Of a stretch of 26,430 nt of DNA, positions 1 through 10,306 are shown in pieces; the stretch's first letter is position 1; every line of letters begins with the position of its first letter. The stretch spans positions 1 to 26,430 of the forward strand of contig JBBQXJ010000066.1 of assembly GCA_038209745.1 (NCBI GenBank), written 5' to 3'. Source of the stretch: Verrucomicrobiota bacterium. GTDB taxonomy: Bacteria > Verrucomicrobiota > Verrucomicrobiia > Limisphaerales > CANJSG01. The position numbers and the translations under genes were made by a program. The notes beneath the pieces are model-generated. The model was given only the letters and a program-made list of their open reading frames with translations, ran no database searches and was not told where the DNA came from.

Positions 1-1468
1 GCGCTTCATCGGTCCCTCCCTTCCCCCCGAACGGAATGAAGAGCACCCGCCAGCGCGAACCGTCCGGACCGGACTTGTGCTGGAACAGGCCGAAGAACGC
101 GGACTGGGTCCGGGTCGTCGCGGTCCGGTCGCTCCGGAACAGGTTGAAAAGCACCGAGCGGCTGGCGGCCCCGGTCTTGGGGTTGCTCTCGCTCCGCCAG
201 ACGGACCAGAACGGCGACCAGTTCCGTGAAATGGATTCAACGTTCGGCAGGACCGGCTCGATGGGTGCGAAGACCTGCAAACTGTGGTTGCCGTTCGCGT
301 CCGTGCGGGAGGTCCACAGCGGCCAGGCATCTTGTCGACGGCCCATCTGGTTGCCCGTCTCGCGCTCGGTGAGCTGGATGTCCGAATACAGGAAGAACAA
401 CCACCGGGTGCGTTCCCGGTCCACCGGTCCCAACTGGGCCTTTCGATGGCCGTAGACCGGCCACAGGACAAAGTCGCTTCGAAGCGTGGGCGAATGATAG
501 TCGCCGTAGAGCGGAAAGAAACGGAACCCTTCCTTGGCGGGACCCGTCGACCAGCCGATCAACGGCCACGGAACACCGTATTCCTTGTAGCCATTGGCCC
601 GGTCGTCGGCCACGGAGAAACCGAAGGGCCAGCCGTAGGTCACCCAGTCGCGCGAGGCCGAATGCTGCGAAGCGAAGAACGGGACCACGGCCTTGGAGCG
701 GCTCTCGTTCGTGGTGCCGATCCCCGTGTGCTGCCACATCCCGAGCGGCCACAAGACGAAGCTTTTATCGTAGCCCCCCATGGGCACGGTCTCGTTGAGG
801 AGGTTGGTCGTCCAGGTCAGGCGCTTCGTCTCGTGTCCGGCAAAGGGCAGGAACTGCCAGCCGGTCATCCCGTCCCCCTTGCGGGAGTGGATCAACGGAT
901 AGGGGAAGTTGTGCGTGACGACGTCCTTTTTCCGCGACCAGACCCACAGCGGCCAGGCCGTCCAGCCAACTTCGTCCCGGTTGAACTTGTTCTTCGCAGA
1001 CCCATAGAACGGCAGGACGGCGATGTAGTCGTTGGTTCCGCCCAGCGTCTCCTGCTGGAGAAAGAACGGATAGATCGCCCGGCGTTTGGTGACGTCGCCC
1101 GACTGGGTCGCGCCCCCCGCGAGATTGAAGATCTGGAAAAGCTGCCAGCGGTATTCCGTGGCCGACTTCTTGTAGGTGAGGAACGGGTAGCCGAAGTCGA
1201 GCAACGTCCGGTCGAGATCACTGTCCCGATAGACCGAGAAGAACGGGGCCAGCCCATATTGATCGACCGAATCGCTGGTTTGGTGGAACCAGAACGGAGC
1301 CACCACCTCGGTGCGCTCCCCGGGTTCCAGGGTCAGATCGAAACGGCTCCGCAGCGGTCCCGCCAAATCCCAGGACGACGCGGGCTCGGCCGCCGAAAGA
1401 CCCATCGCGGCAAACGCCGCCACCGCCGCCCAAGGGCGGAATCCGACGGTGCGCAGACGGCGAAACAT
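1..1468 (-). CDS. Hypothetical exported protein rich in recurring aromatic-Pro motifs (WP/FP/YP/PF); partial, runs off the window's left edge
   Basis: Translated by hand: ATG at 1468 (MFRRLRTVGFRPWAAVAAFAAMGLSAAEP..., signal-peptide-like), open without a stop for 489 codons to position 2 (...GSRWRVLFIPFGGKGGTDEA). It is missing from the ORF track because the stop lies outside the window. The + ORF 284..2053 is its antisense shadow. Confidence 0.85.
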   Translation of the reverse strand, partial: MFRRLRTVGFRPWAAVAAFAAMGLSAAEPASSWDLAGPLRSRFDLTLEPGERTEVVAPFWFHQTSDSVDQYGLAPFFSVYRDSDLDRTLLDFGYPFLTYKKSATEYRWQLFQIFNLAGGATQSGDVTKRRAIYPFFLQQETLGGTNDYIAVLPFYGSAKNKFNRDEVGWTAWPLWVWSRKKDVVTHNFPYPLIHSRKGDGMTGWQFLPFAGHETKRLTWTTNLLNETVPMGGYDKSFVLWPLGMWQHTGIGTTNESRSKAVVPFFASQHSASRDWVTYGWPFGFSVADDRANGYKEYGVPWPLIGWSTGPAKEGFRFFPLYGDYHSPTLRSDFVLWPVYGHRKAQLGPVDRERTRWLFFLYSDIQLTERETGNQMGRRQDAWPLWTSRTDANGNHSLQVFAPIEPVLPNVESISRNWSPFWSVWRSESNPKTGAASRSVLFNLFRSDRTATTRTQSAFFGLFQHKSGPDGSRWRVLFIPFGGKGGTDEA

Positions 1469-1515
1469 GGCGCGGAGCCTCGACAACGCTTCTTCACCCG
1501 TCAAGCGCCGGCCGG

Positions 1516-2460
1516 TCACTTCGATGTGGTCTTCGCCTTGGGCTTCGTCGCCGCCTTCGTCGCCGCCTTCGGTCCGCGTCCCTTGAAGGTCAGTTCCGCG
1601 ACGCCGGATTTGTCCAGTTCGCCCAGGCCCAGCTTGACCATCAGGTCGAACTGCCTCTTGGCGGCCTTGGCCAACGGCAAGGCGAGCTTCTGCTGGTTGC
1701 CGAGCGCGAGCGCGATGCCGCTGTCCTTGGCGGCGTGGGCGGCGGAGAAGAAGCACGCGTGGTCGCGCTTCTGCATGTCCTCGCCATCCGTCACCAGCAC
1801 GCGTGAACCGGCCCCGGTCTCGGCGAGGATCCCTCGCAACATCGCAAGATCGATGCCCAGCGCCTGGCCCAACGCCAACCCTTCGGCCAAGCCGGCGGTG
1901 TTGATGTTCATGACCATGTTGACCAGCGCCTTGACCTGCGCGGCCTTGCCCGGAGCCCCGATGAAGCGGAGCAGCTTGCCCTCGTCGGTCAGTGCCTTCA
2001 GCACGGGCTCGACCTCGAAGAACGTGTCCTTCCGGCCGCCGACCATCAGGTAGAGCGTGCCGTTGCGGGCCTGGGTGATGCTCGACGCCATGCAGGCTTC
2101 CAACGATTTCGCACCGGCCTTGCGGGCCAGCTGGTCGACCCCCACGTGGATGGCCGGAGAGACCGTGGCGCAGTTGATGAAGATCCGACCCTTGGCCCCG
2201 ACCAACAGGCTGTCTCCCTTGACGGCGAAGACCGCGCGCATCGACTTGTCGTCGGTCACCACGGTGAAAACAATGTCCGACAGCTCGGTCACGCGGGCCA
2301 GGGTGGAACAGGCTTCGGCGTTGAGCTCCTTGCCCAGCGCGGCGGCGGCGGCCATGTTGTGGTCCAGAACGGCCGTGATGTTGAAGCCGCTCTCCTGAAG
2401 CCGGCGGGCCATGTTGGCCCCCATTCGACCGACTCCGACAAATCCAATTCGTTGGGACAT
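1516..2460 (-). CDS. NAD(P)-dependent oxidoreductase, 3-hydroxyisobutyrate dehydrogenase / tartronate semialdehyde reductase family
   Basis: N-terminal Rossmann motif IGFVGVGRMGANMARRL, then FINCATVSP, GTLYLMVGG, catalytic-Lys segment AQVKALVN and AAKDSGIAL. Ends in a Lys/Ala-rich tail. Confidence 0.9.
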   Translation of the reverse strand: MSQRIGFVGVGRMGANMARRLQESGFNITAVLDHNMAAAAALGKELNAEACSTLARVTELSDIVFTVVTDDKSMRAVFAVKGDSLLVGAKGRIFINCATVSPAIHVGVDQLARKAGAKSLEACMASSITQARNGTLYLMVGGRKDTFFEVEPVLKALTDEGKLLRFIGAPGKAAQVKALVNMVMNINTAGLAEGLALGQALGIDLAMLRGILAETGAGSRVLVTDGEDMQKRDHACFFSAAHAAKDSGIALALGNQQKLALPLAKAAKRQFDLMVKLGLGELDKSGVAELTFKGRGPKAATKAATKPKAKTTSK

Positions 2461-2732
2461 AATGGTGGGATTATCGCTGCAAGTTCGCGCAAGAAGAAGC
2501 CATGGGCCGGACCGAACCGCAAGGATTGAGCGGTCCAGACGGCGTTCAAACCGCCGTCACCCGCCCCGGATGCGCGGAGAAGTCCATCCCGCCGTCGCGC
2601 AGGAATCCGACCCGCGTCTGCCCGCTTTCCCGGGCGAATTCCACCGCCAAACTCGACGGCGGGGAACCCGTGTCCCATCACCGTGACGGATCGGAAGTCA
2701 ATCGCGCCAGCCGCCACGGTCCGGCCCCGCGC

Positions 2733-3479
2733 TCACCGCCCCCACAAACCGCGCCACCACGCCTTCAGATTCCGTGACGGATAGCGCGCGGTGATGCGCG
2801 TCAGAGCGAGCAGACCACACCCCGGCTTGTTCACGCCGAAGTCCACCGTGGTCGCGGTGCGGAAGCCCGCTTCGCCCACCAGATCGCGGACGGCAGGATT
2901 CCAGTCGCCGTAGGGGTAGCAGAAGTGTTCCACCGGCCGCTGGAAGAGATCCTCCAGCCGCTTGCGACTGGCGGTGATCTCTTCGCGGGCCCGATCGACC
3001 GGCAACCGAGTCAGCCGGGGATGGGTGCAGGTGTGCGCGCCGATTTCCTGCCCGGCGGCGAGCCACTGCTTCACCTCATCGACCGTCATCAAAAGCTCCT
3101 CCACTTCGCCGACCGCGAGGTCCCAGACGTTCGACTTTCCGATGAGATCCGGGACGAGGTAGTTGATCGACGTCATCCCGTGCTTCCGGAGAACCGGCAA
3201 CGCGCGCTGGAGCACGCTGCGATAGCCATCGTCGAAGGTCAGGACGACCTGGTCGCGCGCCGCGAGACTGGAGGGAAGTTCGTCCAGACTGCCGGAGCGG
3301 AATCCGTGGCGGCACAGCTCGTCCAATTGGCGGTCGAAGATGGGCGGAGGCATGTAGAGTCCGCGCAGCCGGGCTCGGCGCGGTGGGCGGCCGCACTTGT
3401 GATACATGAGCATGGGCAACCCTTCCGCAAAGAGCGCGCGGAACGGAGGCAGCGAACTGTAGAAGCCCGGCAACGACAC
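2733..3479 (-). CDS. Polysaccharide deacetylase (NodB/CE4 family)
   Basis: CE4 motifs LMYHK, VVLTFDDGY, EIGAHTCTHPRL and HFCYPYG. Start uncertain: GTG 3479 preferred, the ORF track extends to 3623. Confidence 0.88.
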   Translation of the reverse strand: MSLPGFYSSLPPFRALFAEGLPMLMYHKCGRPPRRARLRGLYMPPPIFDRQLDELCRHGFRSGSLDELPSSLAARDQVVLTFDDGYRSVLQRALPVLRKHGMTSINYLVPDLIGKSNVWDLAVGEVEELLMTVDEVKQWLAAGQEIGAHTCTHPRLTRLPVDRAREEITASRKRLEDLFQRPVEHFCYPYGDWNPAVRDLVGEAGFRTATTVDFGVNKPGCGLLALTRITARYPSRNLKAWWRGLWGR

Positions 3480-3629
3480 GCGGTGGTCATAGCCGGGCCC
3501 GGTCCATCGGCGGAAGGCTAAAGGATCCGGCCCAGCCCGAACCGGGCCCCCGACGGAGTGGAATGTCTGTTTCTTCGCCGCAGCCTTCACTACGGGAAGA
3601 GTGGGCCTGCTTCGATAAAACATAAAACG

Positions 3630-4359
3630 GACACCAACGCCTTCTACGTCGCGGCCTGGGGTCGGAGTGGACGGTCGATGAAAACTTCGAACAACGCGCC
3701 CACGAATCTCTCCTACCCGGCCGATCTCAAAACCGAGCTCGGCCTGCTAGTGGATGAGCGCGGGATCTACCGCGAGAGCGTTCGCTCCACTGAGATCGGC
3801 GAGCGCGTTCTTGCGGGCCGCAACATCGCGCCCGACCTGGCGGCCTTGAACCGGGTCGCCGGAATTGCCATTCGCCACGGGCACGCGTATTTCCGGCGGC
3901 AACCTTTCCGACACCGACGGCGAATTCGGTCACTTGGCCGGCGTTCTGAATTCGGCGTTCGCCCGATTGGAGACGCCTTTGCCCAACCGCAGCAGTTCAC
4001 GGCCGACGCTTCCCGTGAGCTGCGCCTCCCCCAATCGCCGTCCTGACCTCCGAAGCCCAAACGACGCTGGCCCGCGGGTGGTCGCCGGAGGACTGCCGCG
4101 AAACCGTCGAAGCCTGTCTCGACACCGCCCGACAGATGCGCCGCCCGACGGAATCCCTCCTCCCGCTCGCGCGCTTCGACGCCGGCCAGGAAGCGAAGCA
4201 GCGGCAACCGCTCGAACTCTCCGAACTCACCCACGACTGCGCCGAGCGGATCCGGCCCATGGTGGAACCATCGACGTCATGAGCGGGGCGGGCCACGGCA
4301 CGGTCTTTACCGTGCGACTGCCCCGGGGCGAAGACACCGCTTCCCGAAAACCAGGCTGA
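3630..4359 (+). pseudogene. Degraded two-component sensor histidine kinase (HAMP-HisKA-HATPase relic)
   Basis: Fragments in different frames: HAMP-like RISGGNLS...EFGHLAGVLNSAFARLE, H-box QQFTADASRELR (His replaced by Arg, CGT at 4014-4016), and HATPase end HGGTIDVMSGAGHGTVFTVRLP. Frameshifts and internal deletions are present. Confidence 0.8.
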
Positions 4360-4402
4360 AGACCAGGCTTCATCCCCAGACAATCCACTGATGAAGCCCC
4401 CC

Positions 4403-4768
4403 ATGAAAATCCCGCTCGAAACGCGATCCACCACCACACAACCCCACGCGAGGCGGCGGTTCTACCACCGGTTCCTCGTGGCACTGGGACTTTCTTCCGT
4501 TTTGCTCGGCGTTTCGCTCGGCCTCGGAATCCTTGGCTATCATTTCATCGCGCATCTCGGCTGGATCGATTCGCTGCTGAACGCCGCCATGATCCTGACA
4601 GGCATGGGGCCTGTGGACACCCTCCACTCCGACCCCGCCAAAATCTTCGCCTCGGCCTACGCTCTGTTTTCGGGAGTCGTGTTCATCACCGCCACGGGCA
4701 TCTTGCTGAGTCCCGTCTTCCACAGGGTCCTCCATCGGTTCCACATCGAAGAGAAGGATCTAAAATGA
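4403..4768 (+). CDS. Small 2-TM membrane protein resembling a stand-alone K+-channel-type pore domain (Ion_trans_2-like)
   Basis: TM1 (FLVALGLSSVLLGVSLGLGILGY), pore-helix-like WIDSLLNAAMILTGMGP, TM2 (KIFASAYALFSGVVFITATGILL). Start at ATG 4391 or 4403. Confidence 0.7.
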   Translation: MKIPLETRSTTTQPHARRRFYHRFLVALGLSSVLLGVSLGLGILGYHFIAHLGWIDSLLNAAMILTGMGPVDTLHSDPAKIFASAYALFSGVVFITATGILLSPVFHRVLHRFHIEEKDLK

Positions 4769-4913
4769 GCGAGGAACGGAAAGGCGGGACGCTGGTTTTT
4801 GGAAGGGCTGTTTGCCCGGGCGCGCGGCCAGCCGACAGCTTCCCCGACACCCAAAAGCCGGGCAAACTCGGACGCTGACAAAATCGACCGGGGAGGATTG
4901 TATCACCTCCCAC

Positions 4914-5858
4914 ATGAAAGCCCTCCTCCTGGCCGCACTGATGGCCACCACAGCCCTCCACGCCGCCGAAATTCCAACCTACCTCGACGCCGCGTCCGGC
5001 GGACCCGACTACGTCGCACAGGGCGAATACAAAAACGACTGGGGCGGCGCACAGGTGATCGCCTTGGGCAACGACACCTTCCGGATGGTGACCTACCCCG
5101 GCGGACTTCCCGGAGCGGGTTGGAACCAGGAGGCCAAGACGGAAAGCCCGGGCAAGCGAGAGGGCGGCAAAATCGTCTTCACCGGAGGCACCGCCGGTTA
5201 TCGCGCCGAACTGGCCGACGGGAAGATCACCATCACCACGGACAGCGGCGGACCCTACACCATGGAGAAGACCGAGCGGACGAGCCCGACCATGGGAGCC
5301 AAAGCCCCGGCGGGTGCCGTGGTCCTGTTCGACGGCACGAGCGCCGCGGCGTGGGAAGAGGGCCACATGGACGAACGGCACCTCCTCGCTGCCGGATCCA
5401 AGAGCAAGCAGGCCTTTCAAAACTTCACCGCGCACGTGGAATTCCTGTTGCCCTTCAAGCCCCTTGGCCGTGGTCAAGATCGGGGCAACAGCGGCGTGTA
5501 TGTGCAGGATCGCTACGAGATCCAGGTGCTCGATTCATTCGGGCTCAAGGGCGAGAACAACGAATGCGGCGGTCTCTACACCCTAGCCAAGCCGGCAGTG
5601 AACATGTGCTTTCCCCCACTGGTCTGGCAGACCTATGACATCGATTTCACGACCGCCAAATACGACGCCGCCGGAGCCAAGACCGCCAACGCCCGCCTCA
5701 CCGTTCGGCACAACGGCGTCGTGATCCAGGACAACCTAGAACTGAAGAGCAACACCCCGGGCAATGGCCGCAAGGAGGATGCGACTCCCGGTCCGTTCTT
5801 CCTGCAAGGCCACGGCAACCCGGTCTTTTACCGAAACATCTGGGTCGTTTCCAAGTGA
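4914..5858 (+). CDS. Secreted DUF1080 (3-keto-disaccharide hydrolase-like) domain protein
   Basis: Signal peptide MKALLLAALMATTALHA from ATG 4914. DUF1080 motifs AVVLFDG, HVEF, RGNSGVY, YEIQVLDS, WQTYDIDF, LQGHGNPVFYRNIWV. Confidence 0.9.
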   Translation: MKALLLAALMATTALHAAEIPTYLDAASGGPDYVAQGEYKNDWGGAQVIALGNDTFRMVTYPGGLPGAGWNQEAKTESPGKREGGKIVFTGGTAGYRAELADGKITITTDSGGPYTMEKTERTSPTMGAKAPAGAVVLFDGTSAAAWEEGHMDERHLLAAGSKSKQAFQNFTAHVEFLLPFKPLGRGQDRGNSGVYVQDRYEIQVLDSFGLKGENNECGGLYTLAKPAVNMCFPPLVWQTYDIDFTTAKYDAAGAKTANARLTVRHNGVVIQDNLELKSNTPGNGRKEDATPGPFFLQGHGNPVFYRNIWVVSK

Positions 5859-5909
5859 GCGGGACCTGAGCGAGACCAAGCCCCCAAAAGAGAGGCTCCA
5901 CAAAGAAAC

Positions 5910-5943
5910 AGCCCGGCATCCGTCGAGCGGATGCCGGGCTTTC
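5910..5943. terminator. Probable bidirectional intrinsic terminator between the convergent DUF1080 and katG genes
   Basis: Perfect 13-bp stem AGCCCGGCATCCG / CGGATGCCGGGCT with a 5-nt loop. Short T run on +, and GTTTCTTTG on -. Confidence 0.75.
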
Positions 5944-5979
5944 GATTCCAGAAGAGCACGTCCAGAGAGCGGCAAGCCC

Positions 5980-8232
<2,253 letters not shown>

Positions 8233-8372
8233 TTATCAGTTGGTCGGTTGAACTGTTCGAAAGAGGCGTTTCACCGTTCCACGCCCAGAAACGGGCGGGA
8301 GCCGGACGCTGGCCCCGGGGGGCGGGCGCAGCCGAATGGAGATCACGTAACGATCAGCGACAATTCTTGGGC

Positions 8373-8387
8373 TTAGAACGTTTCCAA
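8373..8387. promoter_or_regulatory. Putative PerR/Fur-family operator upstream of katG
   Basis: TTAGAACGTTTCCAA matches a 7-1-7 TTAGAAT-N-ATTCTAA-type box at 11 of 14 positions. It lies ~145 nt upstream of the katG ATG, next to a -10-like GATAAT (8395-8400, minus strand). Confidence 0.45.
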
Positions 8388-8510
8388 GAAAGCCATTATC
8401 CACCGGGATTTACTTTGGAACATGACCGGCCCGCCCCGCTTCGCAAGGGACTACCGTGATTTCTGGATGTCTTTGAACACCCGGCGCCGCTCCATGCCGC
8501 CAAGAGGGCG

Positions 8511-9490
8511 TGCTCCCCGAAAGTTGAGCCATTTGCTATGAGAGTCTGAGGCGCGGAAGCGCCACCGAGACTCGAAGCATGAAACGGAAACGACACAGAC
8601 CCGAAGAGATCATCAAGAAGCGGCGCGAAGCGGCGGCGCTGCTGGCCGGAGGCCAGAGAGTGGAGGCGGTAAGCAAGATGCTGGAAGTGAGCGTGCCGAC
8701 CTACCACCGATGGAAGGAGGAATACGGCGGAGCCAAGGAAGAAACGGTCAAACGGCTCAAAGCGCTGGAGAAGGAGAACGCCCAGCGCAAGAGGCGGGTG
8801 GCCAACCAGGTGCTGGACCTCTCGATCATGAAGGAGGGGGCGGAGGGAAAATGGTAGGCCGGGAGCGCCGACGCCAGGCCGTGCAACAAACGCGGCAACA
8901 GGTGGACGTCAGCGAACGCCGGGCCTGCCAGACGCTGGGCCAACCCCGGGCCACCCAACGCTACCAGCTGCCTCGGGCCCAGCGAAGCCGGCACCCAACG
9001 GCTCAAAGCCGAACGGGTCGACCCCGTGTGGAGCTACGACTTCGTCTTCGCCCAGACCGAGGACGGACGGCGGCTCAAGTAGCTGCCGATCTGCGACGAG
9101 TTCACCCGCGAACTCGTGGCGCTGGAAGTCGAGCGGACGATGGAAGCCAAGGACGTGATCCGCATCCTCGACCAAGCCGTGACCGCGCGGGAAGGTTCCC
9201 AAGTAAATCCGCAGCGACAACGGCCCCGAATTCGTGGCCGCCGCCGTGCAGGGCTGGATCGCCCGGAGAGGGTTAAAGACCCTCTATATCAAACCCGACA
9301 GCCCGTGGCAGAACGCGGACAGCGAAAGCTTCAACAGCCGCTTCCGCGACGAGTTCCTGAACCGGGAAGCCTTCGCGTCGTTGCTGGAGGCGAAAGTCCT
9401 CGGCGAAGAACACCGGCAGTGGCACAACCCAGGCCGGCCCCGCTCGTTCTTGGACGACCAGACCCCCGAAGAATACGCGCAGCGCAGCCA
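8511..9490 (+). mobile_element. Degenerate IS3-family element (IS407-like), right end missing
   Basis: Left-IR-like TGCTCCCCGAAAGTTGAGCCA at 8511. orfA 8579..8857 (MKRKRHRPEEII...EGKW). orfB pieces SERRAC, VWSYDFV, DEFTRE, IRSDNGPEF, KPDSPWQN, ESFNSRFRDEFLN, with an in-frame TAG (9080-9082), frameshifts and an internal deletion. Confidence 0.9.
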
Positions 9491-9927
9491 TACGAACGCG
9501 AGATCCGTTTTGAAACCCGGAGCCATTCAAGGGCCATCAGTTCGAGGGTGCTTTCAGAGAAATACTGGGCACTTTCGCGAACGGCTGCGAAAAAAAAGCG
9601 TGGAGGCGTCGGAAGTTTAACCCGCTGGGAAATTTCGCCGGCTGTCGCGTCCATTCGGAACCCTCTGTCTGTGTGCCTTTTGCTTCGCCAGGTGGAAATA
9701 GGATTTTACGTGCCTATGCGAAGAATGACGAACTTTCCGTGGCTCTGAATCGCTATAAACCCATCAAACGCTGGCCCACCGCTGGGGATCCTCACGCGAC
9801 GGGCTTCGCAAAATATCGGCCTTGGCCGACGACGATGCTTTTCAGCGGAACAAGGATCGTCGAATTGTCCTAGCCTAGTCTACGCTGCGTCCACCAAAGC
9901 CGACACACCAACTACGCCGTGGCTAAT

Positions 9928-10248
9928 ATGAAACGATCCGAGATCTCAGGGCTGGACTGCATCGCCGCGCTGAAGGCGTTGGGTGAGGAGTCGCGGCTGC
10001 GCATCCTCCGTTTGCTGTTCGCCGAAGCCTTGAGCGTGTCGGAGATCACCGAGCGGCTCGGCCTCTCCCAATACAACGTCTCGAAGCATCTCCGGATCAT
10101 GCGCGAGGCCGGCCTGTTGGAATCGGAGAAGCAGGGCAAACTCCGTCTCCACCGAATCTCGGGGAACCTGAAGAAACAGGCTTCGGCCAACGACAACGTC
10201 CTCGACTTGGGTTGCTGCACCTTCCGGCTCGACAAGCTGCCCGTCTGA
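9928..10248 (+). CDS. ArsR/SmtB-family transcriptional regulator with a C-terminal Cys-Cys pair
   Basis: LKALGEESRLRILRLL, wHTH LSVSEITERLGLSQYNVSKHLRIMREAGLL, C-terminal LDLGCC. Start at ATG 9928 or GTG 9919. Confidence 0.92.
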   Translation: MKRSEISGLDCIAALKALGEESRLRILRLLFAEALSVSEITERLGLSQYNVSKHLRIMREAGLLESEKQGKLRLHRISGNLKKQASANDNVLDLGCCTFRLDKLPV

Positions 10249-10290
10249 CCCCGGTTTTCGGTTGCATTCCGGAACTCTCGTATGCACGTA

Positions 10291-10306
10291 TTCGCATGTA
10301 TGCGAA
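10291..10306. promoter_or_regulatory. Palindromic candidate operator at the start of the pstS-like gene
   Basis: Perfect 7-2-7 inverted repeat TTCGCAT-GT-ATGCGAA, overlapping ATG 10300 and lying just downstream of the arsR-like gene. Confidence 0.5.

Noticed and set aside
284..2053. Long + strand ORF (589 aa) and similar long ORFs at 6667..8226, 14696..16189 and 19655..20806
   Set aside because: Antisense shadows of real genes in high-GC DNA, with no recognisable motifs.
9490..9900. Lower-GC spacer with short ORFs (9331..9654 minus, 9673..9873 plus)
   Set aside because: No recognisable motif, RBS or RNA structure. It may be a gene relic cut by the IS, but this cannot be supported.
10249..10300. 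Pho box upstream of the pstS-like gene
   Set aside because: No CTGTCAT-like 11-bp-spaced direct repeats are visible, only the inverted repeat.
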